Shown in pieces: positions 28,780-38,713 of a stretch of 64,000 nucleotides of DNA. The DNA lies in the IMG/VR virus record IMGVR_UViG_3300025133_000019, one strand, 5' to 3'. The notes below the pieces were generated by a model. It was not told the DNA's origin. It saw nothing but the letters and a program-made list of their open reading frames with translations, and made no database searches. The position numbers and the translations under genes are program-made. Every line of letters starts with the position of its first letter. Positions within the stretch are counted from its first letter, which is position 1. Origin of the DNA: a virus. Taxonomy: Duplodnaviria; Heunggongvirae; Uroviricota; Caudoviricetes.

Positions 28780-29190
28780 ATGATTACTGTATTTTTAGGC
28801 GGAACTTTAGGCGATGACTGGAGATCCGAGTTTGTAGAAAGTCTTGGTAGTAATGTAAACCCGTTCAATCCTATTGTAGAAGATTGGAATGAAGGGGCAC
28901 AAAAAATAGAAGAGCAAAAGAAAGCTACCTCCGATTATAATTTATACGTAATAACTCCTAGTATGAAAGGGGTTTTTTCGATTTGTGAAGTTGTTGATGA
29001 TTCTAACAAGAAACCCGAGCAAACAATTTTTGTACCTCTCTTTGAATACAACAACAAAAAGTTTCTAAAAGATGAGTGGAAGTCTCTAGTAGCTGTAGCT
29101 AAAGTAGTGGATAAAAATGGAGCTTATGTGTTTTCGACACTGGAAAAGGCATCTACCGCTTTAAATGGCTTAGGTAAATTAGCAAAGTAA
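28780..29190 (+). CDS. hypothetical protein (possibly nucleoside 2-deoxyribosyltransferase-like)
   Basis: Starts MITVFLGGTLGDDW. The family call rests only on this weak N-terminal resemblance. Confidence 0.4.
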   Translation: MITVFLGGTLGDDWRSEFVESLGSNVNPFNPIVEDWNEGAQKIEEQKKATSDYNLYVITPSMKGVFSICEVVDDSNKKPEQTIFVPLFEYNNKKFLKDEWKSLVAVAKVVDKNGAYVFSTLEKASTALNGLGKLAK

Positions 29191-29197
29191 CTTTGTA

Positions 29198-29911
29198 ATG
29201 CATAAAGCATTAATTCAAACGAATAAGCTGGGATTCCCGGTTAACTCGTCCGTATATAACGCTTATCAAGGACTTGATTCCTTGGGCTATGAAATAAACC
29301 CTGTTAAACGTGTGTTAAGCAAGCACAAAGGTCCAGTTATAGCTTCTGGAACAATAGAGTTCATAGACAAACTCCTGGGTATCAATGAAGTTAAGTTATC
29401 AGAGTTTAACCAGTTAACCCGGTATACCCCATTTTTAAAAAGGCAGGTTTTTAAATCTACTTTAGAAAAAGCGTTTTCTCTAGCCCATGAGGGTAATAAG
29501 TTTTCCGTTAAACCTGTGGGACATAAAATTTTTAATGGTACAGTAGTTCTTGAGGAAAAGGACTTACTTTGTTTAGCAGGAATTCCTGTAGAAACAGAGG
29601 TACTTATCTCTGAATATCTGGATATAACTTCAGAGTTTAGAGTCTATATAAGTGATTCGGAAATATTAGGGACCAAGTCCTACCGAGGCAGCTCCATTTT
29701 TTCTCCCAGCGGTTCCTTCATAAGGGATGTCATGGATTACCAGGATAACATGCCTAGATCCTATGCTCTAGACATTGGAATATGTCGTAATTCCCAAGAG
29801 GTTCTTATCGAAGTCACAGAAGCTGTGTACGCAGGTAATTACGGCTTACCAAGCATGTTGTACGCACAATTCTTGGAAACCCGCTACCAAGAACTTTTCA
29901 ATATTTCTTAG
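29198..29911 (+). CDS. hypothetical protein
   Basis: 237-aa ORF. Confidence 0.5.
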   Translation: MHKALIQTNKLGFPVNSSVYNAYQGLDSLGYEINPVKRVLSKHKGPVIASGTIEFIDKLLGINEVKLSEFNQLTRYTPFLKRQVFKSTLEKAFSLAHEGNKFSVKPVGHKIFNGTVVLEEKDLLCLAGIPVETEVLISEYLDITSEFRVYISDSEILGTKSYRGSSIFSPSGSFIRDVMDYQDNMPRSYALDIGICRNSQEVLIEVTEAVYAGNYGLPSMLYAQFLETRYQELFNIS

Positions 29912-30033
29912 AAAAACGCAAAAAGTTCTTGGAATTTCCTTTTCCGTAGTGGTAAACTAATACAAAGGCATTAGAGTATTGATCTAGAGATTATGTAATT
30001 CTTGTATAATCGAAGTACATTGTTAAGGAAGGT

Positions 30034-31503
30034 ATGAATATGGGATCTAAACTACCCGCACTAATTGGATTTTTGTATAGTATAAGTGGAACGCTGACTA
30101 GCTTGATGTCCAATTTAGCCACTATTTTTGTAGAGACTTTCGTAGTAGACAACAAGCTAAGACAGCCTATTGATTACTTTTTATGGCATAATTGTAAACG
30201 CTCTAAAGTAGGGATTAAACAGTATTACGGGATGTATCTTTACGTTAAAAAGATGAAAGAATTTCAGTTAAGCGCTTTAGAAGACAGCAGTAATGATGTA
30301 CACAACCTTTTCTGGTTTGGTTTAATTCCTATTATCTTGGTCAAAGACGCTGATAAAAGTTTTACTAGGATCTTATTCATTAAGGGGTCTATAAAGATAG
30401 ATGACTTCCTGTGGAATTGTCTAGAAAACTTTAATGAAAAAAGAACTGAGAAAAAATCTCAGATGAGTAATAACCGTTCCAGGTTTAAGATTCAATATAT
30501 CTTAGGATCTAATGTATCCAGATCTCTTAAAGTGGAAGCACAAAAGAATGAGAAAGAGCTAAATTCCGGTGGGGGTTACTCGGACAGTGAGCACCTCGAA
30601 GATTTTAACCTCTTTATGCACAGGGTTGTCGGGTGGAATCCGGAAGAAATCGGGCTCGAAGATGTGGTAGCCAAAAAATCTTTAGACACCCTTTATATTA
30701 ACAATACAGCCCAAGAGTTTATTGATGATGTAAACAATTGGATTGAGCACCGAGAATGGCATATAGAAAAAGATATACCTTGGAAACGGGGCTATCTACT
30801 TTACGGAAGACCCGGTACTGGAAAGACTTGTATCGTAAGAGCTTTGGGACAAGACCTGGATTTACCTATCTATGCCTTTGATCTAGGAAGTCTTACTAAC
30901 GAAGAGCTGTTTAATCACTGGATTAACATGGATGAAGATACTCCTTGTATAGCGCTGTTTGAGGATATTGACACTGTTTTTAAAGGCAGAGAGAATATCA
31001 GCAGAGGAAACGCAGCAGAATCAGTTACTTTCGACATATTTTTGCAGTGTTTAGACGGAATTAAAGAGTGTTCTGGTTTACTAGTGTTTTTGACCACAAA
31101 TAACATCGAGTCCGTTGACTTAGCCTTAGGTGCTGGGGAAGAAGCTATTAAGACAGGTGTTAGCTCCCGTCCAGGTCGTATTGACAGGCTATATGATTTC
31201 GGACTTCTGGATGAGACTGGCAAAGACTTTTTGGCTAGAAGGTTCCTTGAAGATGAGGAAGCTATTCAGGAAGTTATTAGTACTAGTGGCGACATGACTC
31301 CAGTGCAATTCAGAGAGCTTTGTAGGTCAAAAGTAGCGTGGGATAATAACCCTCTCGGTGATAGAGCTGACTTAAATGCCGACTACTCTGAGGATTACGC
31401 TAAAGAAGAGGAATCTACTGAAGAATCAGTTGAAAGTAGTTCTAATGAAGAGGATGTTCCTCTTGATGATGATTACGACGATTCCAACGATTTGATAACA
31501 TAG
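30034..31503 (+). CDS. AAA+ ATPase with an acidic C-terminal tail
   Basis: Walker A YGRPGTGKT and Walker B IALFEDID. A paralog of the ATPase at 1-1056. Confidence 0.8.
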   Translation: MNMGSKLPALIGFLYSISGTLTSLMSNLATIFVETFVVDNKLRQPIDYFLWHNCKRSKVGIKQYYGMYLYVKKMKEFQLSALEDSSNDVHNLFWFGLIPIILVKDADKSFTRILFIKGSIKIDDFLWNCLENFNEKRTEKKSQMSNNRSRFKIQYILGSNVSRSLKVEAQKNEKELNSGGGYSDSEHLEDFNLFMHRVVGWNPEEIGLEDVVAKKSLDTLYINNTAQEFIDDVNNWIEHREWHIEKDIPWKRGYLLYGRPGTGKTCIVRALGQDLDLPIYAFDLGSLTNEELFNHWINMDEDTPCIALFEDIDTVFKGRENISRGNAAESVTFDIFLQCLDGIKECSGLLVFLTTNNIESVDLALGAGEEAIKTGVSSRPGRIDRLYDFGLLDETGKDFLARRFLEDEEAIQEVISTSGDMTPVQFRELCRSKVAWDNNPLGDRADLNADYSEDYAKEEESTEESVESSSNEEDVPLDDDYDDSNDLIT

Positions 31504-31507
31504 GAGA

Positions 31508-32506
31508 GTGGGGATGAAACAGTTATTAATTGGATTAGCAATAGTGGCAGGTCTTTTACTACTGTTTGTAGGAATAGAAGGTTATGTCCAGGTTGAAGAC
31601 GGTACAGTAGTAGTGGTGAAACGGTTAGGAAGGTATTCTGAGACCGTTTTAGAGCCAGGACCTAATTGGAAGATTCCTATGCTAGATACGGCGGTTATTT
31701 TATCCACCAAAATCCAGAGGGTTGATTACTCCAGTTCTAACAAGGTAAATCAAGATCGACCACTAGAGTTCTTGAGACCTAGTATTATCGCTAACGATAA
31801 GAGATCTTTAGAAGTTGGGGTGGACGTTACGGTTCAGTTCTTCATTGATAAAGAACGTGCTTATCTCATTTTTAGGAAGCAGGGCGAAGACTTTTTTGAG
31901 AAGTTGAATCCTATTTTTAGGGAAGAGATTAGAAATTCGTTTTCTGCCTATAATGCGGAAAATATAGCGGATAAAAGGTCTGATATCAGTACGTCTATTT
32001 TAACTTCTTTGGAGTTAAAGATGAAGGCAGACGATCTTCCTTTCGTCATTAAGAGTGTACAACTAAGGAAGTTTGACCTTCCTGATTCAGTAACAGTCAA
32101 TGTCGAAAGGGTTCAGAAGGCTTCTCAAGAAGAGCAGAAGCTGGTAATTGATAAAGAGCAAGAGAAGTTGAAGCTTGATATCGAGAAGACTAAGCTTGAG
32201 AGAATCACTGCTGAAAAGGGTCAGCAAGCTAGCGGTATGAAGTTGTTAGAGCAAGTACACTCCTCAGTCCTGGTTTTCCAGTTAATGGAAACTGCGTTGG
32301 CTAAATGGGATGGTAAGCTGCCTAAGGTGCTAGTAACCTCTGGTTCAGACGAAGAAAATCCCATGTCAGCAGTAATTAGTGCTCTCTTGATGGACAGAGT
32401 TTCTGAAGATCCAGTGAGCAAAGATTTACCAGTTGTTTCTGTGGTAAACACAGAAACTTCATCTAGTGAGGTGTCAGTAGCACGAGAAGCTGTGACCACT
32501 AACTAG
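31508..32506 (+). CDS. SPFH/band-7 (stomatin/prohibitin-like) membrane protein
   Basis: N-terminal TM helix, then VVVVKRLGRYSETVLEPGPNWKIPMLDT and a coiled-coil region. Confidence 0.7.
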   Translation: MGMKQLLIGLAIVAGLLLLFVGIEGYVQVEDGTVVVVKRLGRYSETVLEPGPNWKIPMLDTAVILSTKIQRVDYSSSNKVNQDRPLEFLRPSIIANDKRSLEVGVDVTVQFFIDKERAYLIFRKQGEDFFEKLNPIFREEIRNSFSAYNAENIADKRSDISTSILTSLELKMKADDLPFVIKSVQLRKFDLPDSVTVNVERVQKASQEEQKLVIDKEQEKLKLDIEKTKLERITAEKGQQASGMKLLEQVHSSVLVFQLMETALAKWDGKLPKVLVTSGSDEENPMSAVISALLMDRVSEDPVSKDLPVVSVVNTETSSSEVSVAREAVTTN

Positions 32507-32532
32507 ACTCCAGTCACTTTGTTGTTGAGTTT

Positions 32533-32564
32533 TAAGGGCCATAAATTATGGCCCTTATTTTTTA
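32533..32564. terminator. bidirectional rho-independent terminator
   Basis: Palindrome AAGGGCCATAAATTATGGCCCTT plus ATTTTTT, between convergent genes. Confidence 0.65.
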
Positions 32565-33617
32565 TAGAAAATTATAATATCGACTTTTTCTAAACCTTTT
32601 TGGCGGTTTGAAGTTGTCTAGATCATCAAGCTTAATATCCATATAGATAACTCGGTTCTTTCTATAAACTTTAAGTTTGATTTTTGTTCCAATAGGATAC
32701 TCTTGTAAGTAACCTCGTAGTATTTTAGAATTGTACACTGTTCTTCCATTTACAGCCACAATTCTGTCGTGCCTACGTAACCCGCTCTCTTTACCAGGAA
32801 GTCCTGCGTGGGCATGGGTGACTAATACACCGAATCTGTTTGCATAACCATACTTTCTTGCGTATAGCTCAGTCATTAGCTTCACCTCTATCCCTAGAAT
32901 GCTTAGTTTGGACTCTTTATACGTATCGTAGTCGTGTAAACATCGTTTTAGTATGTTAGAGGGTATGGCTAAGTCGATCTGCCCACCAACAAGCGGATTT
33001 GAGATCAAGAGAGTGTTTATTCCTATTATTTCACCTTCTATATTTAGCATGGGACTTCCGCTTACTCCAGGAGCATAATTTAAATTGCTTTGTATCATGT
33101 TTTCGTATATAACGTTACCTTCAGCAGTTGAGGCTCTGTTGAGCCCAGATACTACTCCACTGTGAAAGGAGTTGAAGTAGCCCCCAGGACTTCCCACAAA
33201 GAATACAGGATCTCCAACACTTATTTTAGAGGAATCACCTATATCAAGGACTCTAGAACTAGGGAACCCCTTAAATATTTTATCTTCAATTTTTAGGAAG
33301 GCTATGTCTTTTAGACTGTATTCAAAAACTAGTTTAGCATTAAATCTAGTTCCAGTGTAGTCTCCCACTTTAAAAATGGCATCCTTAAATTCTTTTTTAG
33401 CTGCTCTGATAACATGATTATTAGTAGCTATTAGCCCGTCTGCTCTTATGATAAAGCCACTACCGTATGAGAGTTCTCGGTTAGACCTTATAGTGCTCTT
33501 ATGTTCGGGGTCTTCCGCCATTATCAGCACAACTTGTTTTTGAGCTGTTGCAAAAAGAGCTTGTATGTCTTGCGAAAAACTGTTGATGCATAGTACTAAA
33601 AAAATTATGTATTTCAT
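32562..33617 (-). CDS. HtrA/DegP-like trypsin-fold serine protease with a C-terminal PDZ domain
   Basis: GSGFIIRADGLIATNNHVI (His), DIAFLKI (Asp), GVSGSP (Ser), and an N-terminal signal. Confidence 0.75.
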   Translation of the reverse strand: MKYIIFLVLCINSFSQDIQALFATAQKQVVLIMAEDPEHKSTIRSNRELSYGSGFIIRADGLIATNNHVIRAAKKEFKDAIFKVGDYTGTRFNAKLVFEYSLKDIAFLKIEDKIFKGFPSSRVLDIGDSSKISVGDPVFFVGSPGGYFNSFHSGVVSGLNRASTAEGNVIYENMIQSNLNYAPGVSGSPMLNIEGEIIGINTLLISNPLVGGQIDLAIPSNILKRCLHDYDTYKESKLSILGIEVKLMTELYARKYGYANRFGVLVTHAHAGLPGKESGLRRHDRIVAVNGRTVYNSKILRGYLQEYPIGTKIKLKVYRKNRVIYMDIKLDDLDNFKPPKRFRKSRYYNFL

Positions 33618-33625
33618 AAAAATCC

Positions 33626-34876
33626 TTATTCTGTATAAAATTCAAAGATGTAGGGTGAGCCCCGGAATCCGGGAGGTAGCAGAAAAGGAGGCAAATAAAC
33701 AGGAGCAGATTTTAAACCTACTATATAAAGTTCTTGCTTCTCAGCCTCCTTTTTTGTAATTAATTTAATTTTGTAAGTCTTTTTCTTGGAGTCTCGTAGA
33801 ATCTCTAGTTCTACTTCCCCGTTTTTTTCTATCTCCATTACCAGCCCTCTGGCAGTGGTAGGATTGTAAGGCTTTTCACCGTTGATAGAGAGTATTATAT
33901 CGCCCATTTTAATCTTGCTTTTATCAGCGGGGCTGTTCTCTCCGATTTGTCCTACTGCAACATATTCTCCGGAATCTAGGCCATATCCCCATACCTCATC
34001 GTCAAACAAGGCTCTAAACCTTATTCCCAAGTAATTAAAATATGGAGTTATTTTACTTTTATAGTCCTTTAGAACTCGTTTAGCCAAGTTTACGGGAATA
34101 GCGAATCCCAGATTATTTCCATTCATTTTAAGCGATACAACTCCTATCACATTACCTTCTATAGAAATTACAGGGCCACCGCTATTTCCTGGGTTTACCG
34201 GAGCAGATATCTGGATTAAGTTGTCGTAATACTTATTCCACGGAAGTGGTTCCATGTGTCTATGTAAACCAGATATTGATCCTGAAGCTATAGTATGTTT
34301 TAATCCGTTCCCAGAGCCAACAACAATCACGGGCTGTGCTAAACTGAGTTTATTAGAATCCCCTAACCTAGAAATGTAGCTAGATCTAAATCTCTTAAAG
34401 TTTTTGTCCTTTATCTTCAAGATAGCTAAGTCTAGCTTTGGTCTTATGTATACTGTAGATGTTTTGTACCTTCTCCCATTATAAAGAGAGACGTATGTAG
34501 TTTCTGTTGACCCGAATCCTTTGATCACATGGTAGTTGGTTATTATAAGACCATGTTTGTCTACTATGAACCCTGTTCCCACTGATTGAGCGTTTTCTAT
34601 TTCAACCGATACGACTGGTTTTATATAAGATATTGACTCTTTCGGTTGCCTTGGGTATAATGAAGATGATACAGTAAAACAAGATAAGAATAACAAAGTT
34701 TTCAGGACAAAGGAAGACACAAATAGATTATATAACAAAAAAGTATGGAAGTCAACATGTTTATTACTATTTTTCATTTTATTTTTTTGGTGTGTGTAAT
34801 CACAGGCATGATTCATCTGGAAAGATACCTTTTTTATGAACGTGCTTTTTCCGACAACACCAAAGCTAAGTGTCAT
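33626..34876 (-). CDS. HtrA/DegP-like serine protease with a PDZ domain
   Basis: GTGFIVDKHGLIITNYHVI, DLAILKI, GNSGGPV; a PDZ segment follows. Confidence 0.8.
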   Translation of the reverse strand: MTLSFGVVGKSTFIKKVSFQMNHACDYTHQKNKMKNSNKHVDFHTFLLYNLFVSSFVLKTLLFLSCFTVSSSLYPRQPKESISYIKPVVSVEIENAQSVGTGFIVDKHGLIITNYHVIKGFGSTETTYVSLYNGRRYKTSTVYIRPKLDLAILKIKDKNFKRFRSSYISRLGDSNKLSLAQPVIVVGSGNGLKHTIASGSISGLHRHMEPLPWNKYYDNLIQISAPVNPGNSGGPVISIEGNVIGVVSLKMNGNNLGFAIPVNLAKRVLKDYKSKITPYFNYLGIRFRALFDDEVWGYGLDSGEYVAVGQIGENSPADKSKIKMGDIILSINGEKPYNPTTARGLVMEIEKNGEVELEILRDSKKKTYKIKLITKKEAEKQELYIVGLKSAPVYLPPFLLPPGFRGSPYIFEFYTE

Positions 34877-35070
34877 AGATATCTCAAAGCTTGGATATTT
34901 TTTGTAAATTACTGGGCAGAATCCGCTATGAGAAAGATCTTGATAACTCTTTTGGGGTGGCCTCTTCTACCTTTCCTTTTTGCTTATATGGAAGCTAGCG
35001 TTCTTCTTATTAACAAGGTACACGGCGACAAGAAAGATTAGGTAAAACTCCGGCTTGGTTAAGGGATCTT

Positions 35071-35250
35071 ATGAGTACAAAAGAAATAGACGGACAGACC
35101 TATGACACCGAAGATCTCGATTGTAATGGAAATCTTTATGTTGATGCTATTCCTTATTATACGCATCAGGAGATAGTAAACTGGTTCGACGGTTTAGTAA
35201 AAAAGGTGCAAGAGATTTCGCAAAGCAGTCCCAAGAATAATGGCAAGTAA
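35071..35250 (+). CDS. short DLDCNGNPY-family member
   Basis: MSTKEIDGQTYDTEDLDCNGNLYVDAIP. Confidence 0.4.
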   Translation: MSTKEIDGQTYDTEDLDCNGNLYVDAIPYYTHQEIVNWFDGLVKKVQEISQSSPKNNGK

Positions 35251-35962
35251 TATATGGTTCATAAGTGATACTCATTTTTGGCATCACAAAGTAATTCAGT
35301 ACCAAAGACCGTGTTTCAAAAATGTTGTCGAAATGAATGAGACAATAATTTCGAATTGGAATAGCGTAGTAAAGCCTAGTGACTTAGTTTACTTTTTAGG
35401 GGATTTTAGTTTTTGTGGCACCAATAGATCTTTGGATATTCTTAATGTTTTAAACGGTAAAATCCACTTGATAAAGGGTAATCATGACAGAAAGATGTCA
35501 GCCAACCTTCGTGACCGATTCGAATGGGTCAAGGATATTTATCCGCTAAGAATAGACCATGATTTATACAAGGGATATATCGAGCTGTGTCATTTTCCTT
35601 TTTTAAGTTGGGCAGCGAGTGGTAGAGGCAGATATCATTTATTTGGTCATGCTCACGGTAAACTGGAAACAGATATGTTATCATTAGATGTTAGTGTTGA
35701 AAGGTGGAATTACTTTCCGGTTAACTTAGATACCGTGTTAGCAGAGCTTGAAAAGAAGAAAGAGAGGTTTGAGATGGAAAAGAAGAAAGAGAGGTTTGAG
35801 ATGGAAAAGAGTATAGAAACCACTGGATACGAACCCGTAGGCCCTAATGATGACCCTGGAACAGTGGCTCTCAAAAAGGTCAGAGACAAGCTTCTTAAGA
35901 TGACCCCAACAGAATATGAAGAGCTCTGCGAACGAGCTAAACGAGAGGGATTTACAGGATGA
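35240..35962 (+). CDS. calcineurin-like metallophosphoesterase
   Basis: ISDTHF, GDFSF and GNHD motifs. Contains a tandem EKKKERFEM duplication. Confidence 0.75.
   Translation: MASNIWFISDTHFWHHKVIQYQRPCFKNVVEMNETIISNWNSVVKPSDLVYFLGDFSFCGTNRSLDILNVLNGKIHLIKGNHDRKMSANLRDRFEWVKDIYPLRIDHDLYKGYIELCHFPFLSWAASGRGRYHLFGHAHGKLETDMLSLDVSVERWNYFPVNLDTVLAELEKKKERFEMEKKKERFEMEKSIETTGYEPVGPNDDPGTVALKKVRDKLLKMTPTEYEELCERAKREGFTG
35750..35803 (+). repeat. perfect 27-bp tandem duplication inside a CDS
   Basis: gaaaagaagaaagagaggtttgagatg, two copies. Confidence 0.85.
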
Positions 35963-36639
35963 TTGAAAAGCTCTTTTTTATCGGGGGGAAAGATCTGTGT
36001 GATGACGGGTTAGTACGTAGGGCTAATTGCGTAGGGTTTAGCTTAGAATCTTTGACTTTCTCTAGATTTTATATAACCCATTCCGAGACTAGTTCAGTCT
36101 TTTATACTTATTCTCCCGAGTTTATGGATAAGAATAATCCAAATCATCAATTAGTAAGACCTTTTATAACGTATCCTGCTATATCTTTATATGAAGCCTT
36201 CGTAAATCAGTATAACAAATTCTCTAAAAAGGTTAGTACTGAAGTTCATAATACCCTTGTACTTCCAGAGGCTGTTAAAAATCTGTGGGACCAAGAATCA
36301 GTATCACTAGATAAAGCCTACCAGAAATACGAGGTGAGCGCCGTACCCCTTCTTTTTGGACCTATGATTTTAGTGTGGATTCATGGTGATTTTGTTTACA
36401 TAAAATGGGACCCTACTTCTTACCATGGACAACGAGCTGAAGATTGGTGGATGAGCCATGAGATACTTGAGATACCTTTATCAGACTATGAGGTATGTTT
36501 ACAAAGATTTAGAGATGATGTTGCTAGTTTAGCAGAAATCAAAATTAAGGCTCTGTGTGCCGTGAATCCAGAGTTTGGCAAACTTTCTAAGGAAGTTAAT
36601 AAGCTTCCTGGGGTTAAGAGTAAAAAGGATTTGGCGTAG
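35959..36639 (+). CDS. hypothetical protein
   Basis: 226-aa ORF. Confidence 0.5.
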   Translation: MIEKLFFIGGKDLCDDGLVRRANCVGFSLESLTFSRFYITHSETSSVFYTYSPEFMDKNNPNHQLVRPFITYPAISLYEAFVNQYNKFSKKVSTEVHNTLVLPEAVKNLWDQESVSLDKAYQKYEVSAVPLLFGPMILVWIHGDFVYIKWDPTSYHGQRAEDWWMSHEILEIPLSDYEVCLQRFRDDVASLAEIKIKALCAVNPEFGKLSKEVNKLPGVKSKKDLA

Positions 36640-36640
36640 C

Positions 36641-38713
36641 CTATTCGAACGTGTAACCGTAATCTAGGTTACTATATTTCTTTTTGGCTAAAACCCAAAC
36701 TGAGTTTCCGTTAACCTTATCATGGAAATCATTTAATTCTGTTTTCTTAAACCTTAATTTTTGAGGCACAGAAGTATAAGGCGGAGAATAAGTTTGACCT
36801 CTGGAATACAAGTGGGACGCTAGTCCTAGAGTAGGGAGATAGATTTTCTCAAATCCTTTAGCTCTTATAAATTTAATGGATTTTTTAAGGAGTAAATAGG
36901 AAATCTTGTCAACAGGAAAAACTTGCTTCATATTTTCTTTTCCGAATACAGAGGAGAAATCTGTTTGAACTTCGTCGATCCAAACATCTTCATTGTCCTT
37001 ATCCCCAGTAATATCTTTTCCTAGTGTGTATCTGATCCATCCAATTGTTAGATTTCCTTTTATAAACGGATGGCTTGATTGAGAAGTCATGGCATTTATT
37101 TTCTTTCTATTAAGATCGTACAATATTGGAGGAATAATATCTTTAGGGATAACAAGCATCATAACGTGATTTGTGCTAGGAAATATTTTTTGAGCCCCAG
37201 TCCAAGTTTTATGCTTTATCACACTTTTATTCAGAATTATGTTTCTAAATTCTTTTATAGCTTCACTTATTTCTGGATCACTGATGTCTAGAGTTTTTAT
37301 TTCCAATTGTTCTTCTGTCTTGGATATCTCGCTTTTAGGTTGTTTCAAACCTTCTGGGCCAAGTTTCTCTGAGTGAAAACTTCGAGATTCAACTATAAAC
37401 TCCACAGGAATTTTGAATTCAGAATTTAATTTTCCACGGTATTCCTTGATTTTTTGTTGCTGTTCTTGCTTTGATAATTTAGGATCTAGGTTTTGAACAA
37501 ATTTCTTAACAAGAGGAGATACATGAGTTTGATTATATTCCCGGATTAAATTATTTGTGTGTTTGTCTTCTGTTAAATCAAGCTTTTCTATAGTTTCCCA
37601 GCTTACCTCTTCCAATCCACTTTTTTCAAGGTGTCTTACCAAATTGTAAAGAGAAAAAGGTGTGTTTTTTGATATTTCTATTTGCTCAGGGGACTTATGA
37701 GGATCATGAAAGGAAGTTTCAGATAGTTTGTTTTGTAGTTCCTCGGAAATGTATTTTAGATTTCCAGGATCTTTCTCAACAGCTAGCCGAGCCAGTTCTA
37801 AATTATTTTTTAATTCATCAGAAACATATTCTAAATTCCTAGGATCTTCCTCAACCGCAATTTTCGCTAGTTCTAAGTTCCCTTTTAATTCCTCAGAAAC
37901 ATAAAAGAAATTATAAGGCTCTTCCCCAACCGCATACTTAGCTAGCTCTAAATTATTTTTTAATTCATCAGAAACATATTCTAAATTCCTAGGATCTTCC
38001 TCAACCGCAATTTTCGCTAGTTCTAAGTTCCCTTTTAATTCCTCAGAAACATATTCGAAATAGTAAGGACTTTTCCCAACAGCTAGCCGAGCCAGTTCTA
38101 AATTATTTTTTAATTCATCAGAAACATATTCTAAATTCCTAGGATCTTCCTCAACCGCAATTTTCGCTAGTTCTAAGTTCCCTTTTAATTCATCAGAAAC
38201 CTGTCCGAAATTGTCAGGATGTTTGCCAACCGCTAGTTTAGCTAGTTCTAAACTATTTTTCAATTCATCAGAAACATACTGGAAATTCTCAGGGCCTTTC
38301 TCAATCACCCACTTAGTAAACTCTAAATCGTTTCTTAATTCATCAGAAGCATATCCGAAATTTCCAGGGTATGCCTCAACCGCTAGTTTAGCAAATTCTA
38401 AATTGTTTTTTAATTCCTTGGAAACGGACTCGAAAAGATGCGGGTATGCTTTCACTGCCCATGTAGCAAACTCTAAATCGTTTTTTAATTCCTTAGAAAC
38501 ATGTTCGAAATTATAAGGACTCAGCTTAACCGCAATTTTAGCCAGTTCTAAGTCATTTTTTAATTCCTCAGAGACATATCTGAAATTATAAGGATCTTTC
38601 TCAATCATTAATTTAGCTTGTTCTATTTCCTCAGAACTAGCCGAGAATTTTAGTTCTTCTTGAATTAATCTAGATATTTCTTGGTCTATTAATTTCATCT
38701 TAATTCCAATCAA
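36641..38713 (-). CDS. DUF4116-like ~37-aa tandem-repeat protein with a conserved ~330-aa C-terminal domain (690 aa)
   Basis: Repeats of NFxYVSDELKNNLELAKLAV. The C-terminal domain is near-identical to that of the next gene. Confidence 0.65.
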   Translation of the reverse strand: MIGIKMKLIDQEISRLIQEELKFSASSEEIEQAKLMIEKDPYNFRYVSEELKNDLELAKIAVKLSPYNFEHVSKELKNDLEFATWAVKAYPHLFESVSKELKNNLEFAKLAVEAYPGNFGYASDELRNDLEFTKWVIEKGPENFQYVSDELKNSLELAKLAVGKHPDNFGQVSDELKGNLELAKIAVEEDPRNLEYVSDELKNNLELARLAVGKSPYYFEYVSEELKGNLELAKIAVEEDPRNLEYVSDELKNNLELAKYAVGEEPYNFFYVSEELKGNLELAKIAVEEDPRNLEYVSDELKNNLELARLAVEKDPGNLKYISEELQNKLSETSFHDPHKSPEQIEISKNTPFSLYNLVRHLEKSGLEEVSWETIEKLDLTEDKHTNNLIREYNQTHVSPLVKKFVQNLDPKLSKQEQQQKIKEYRGKLNSEFKIPVEFIVESRSFHSEKLGPEGLKQPKSEISKTEEQLEIKTLDISDPEISEAIKEFRNIILNKSVIKHKTWTGAQKIFPSTNHVMMLVIPKDIIPPILYDLNRKKINAMTSQSSHPFIKGNLTIGWIRYTLGKDITGDKDNEDVWIDEVQTDFSSVFGKENMKQVFPVDKISYLLLKKSIKFIRAKGFEKIYLPTLGLASHLYSRGQTYSPPYTSVPQKLRFKKTELNDFHDKVNGNSVWVLAKKKYSNLDYGYTFE
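37690..38640 (-). repeat. tandem ~111-bp coding repeats, several near-identical
   Basis: ttcatcagaaacatattctaaattcctaggatcttcctcaaccgcaattttcgctagttctaagttccc recurs at ~37780, ~37960 and ~38110. Confidence 0.7.
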
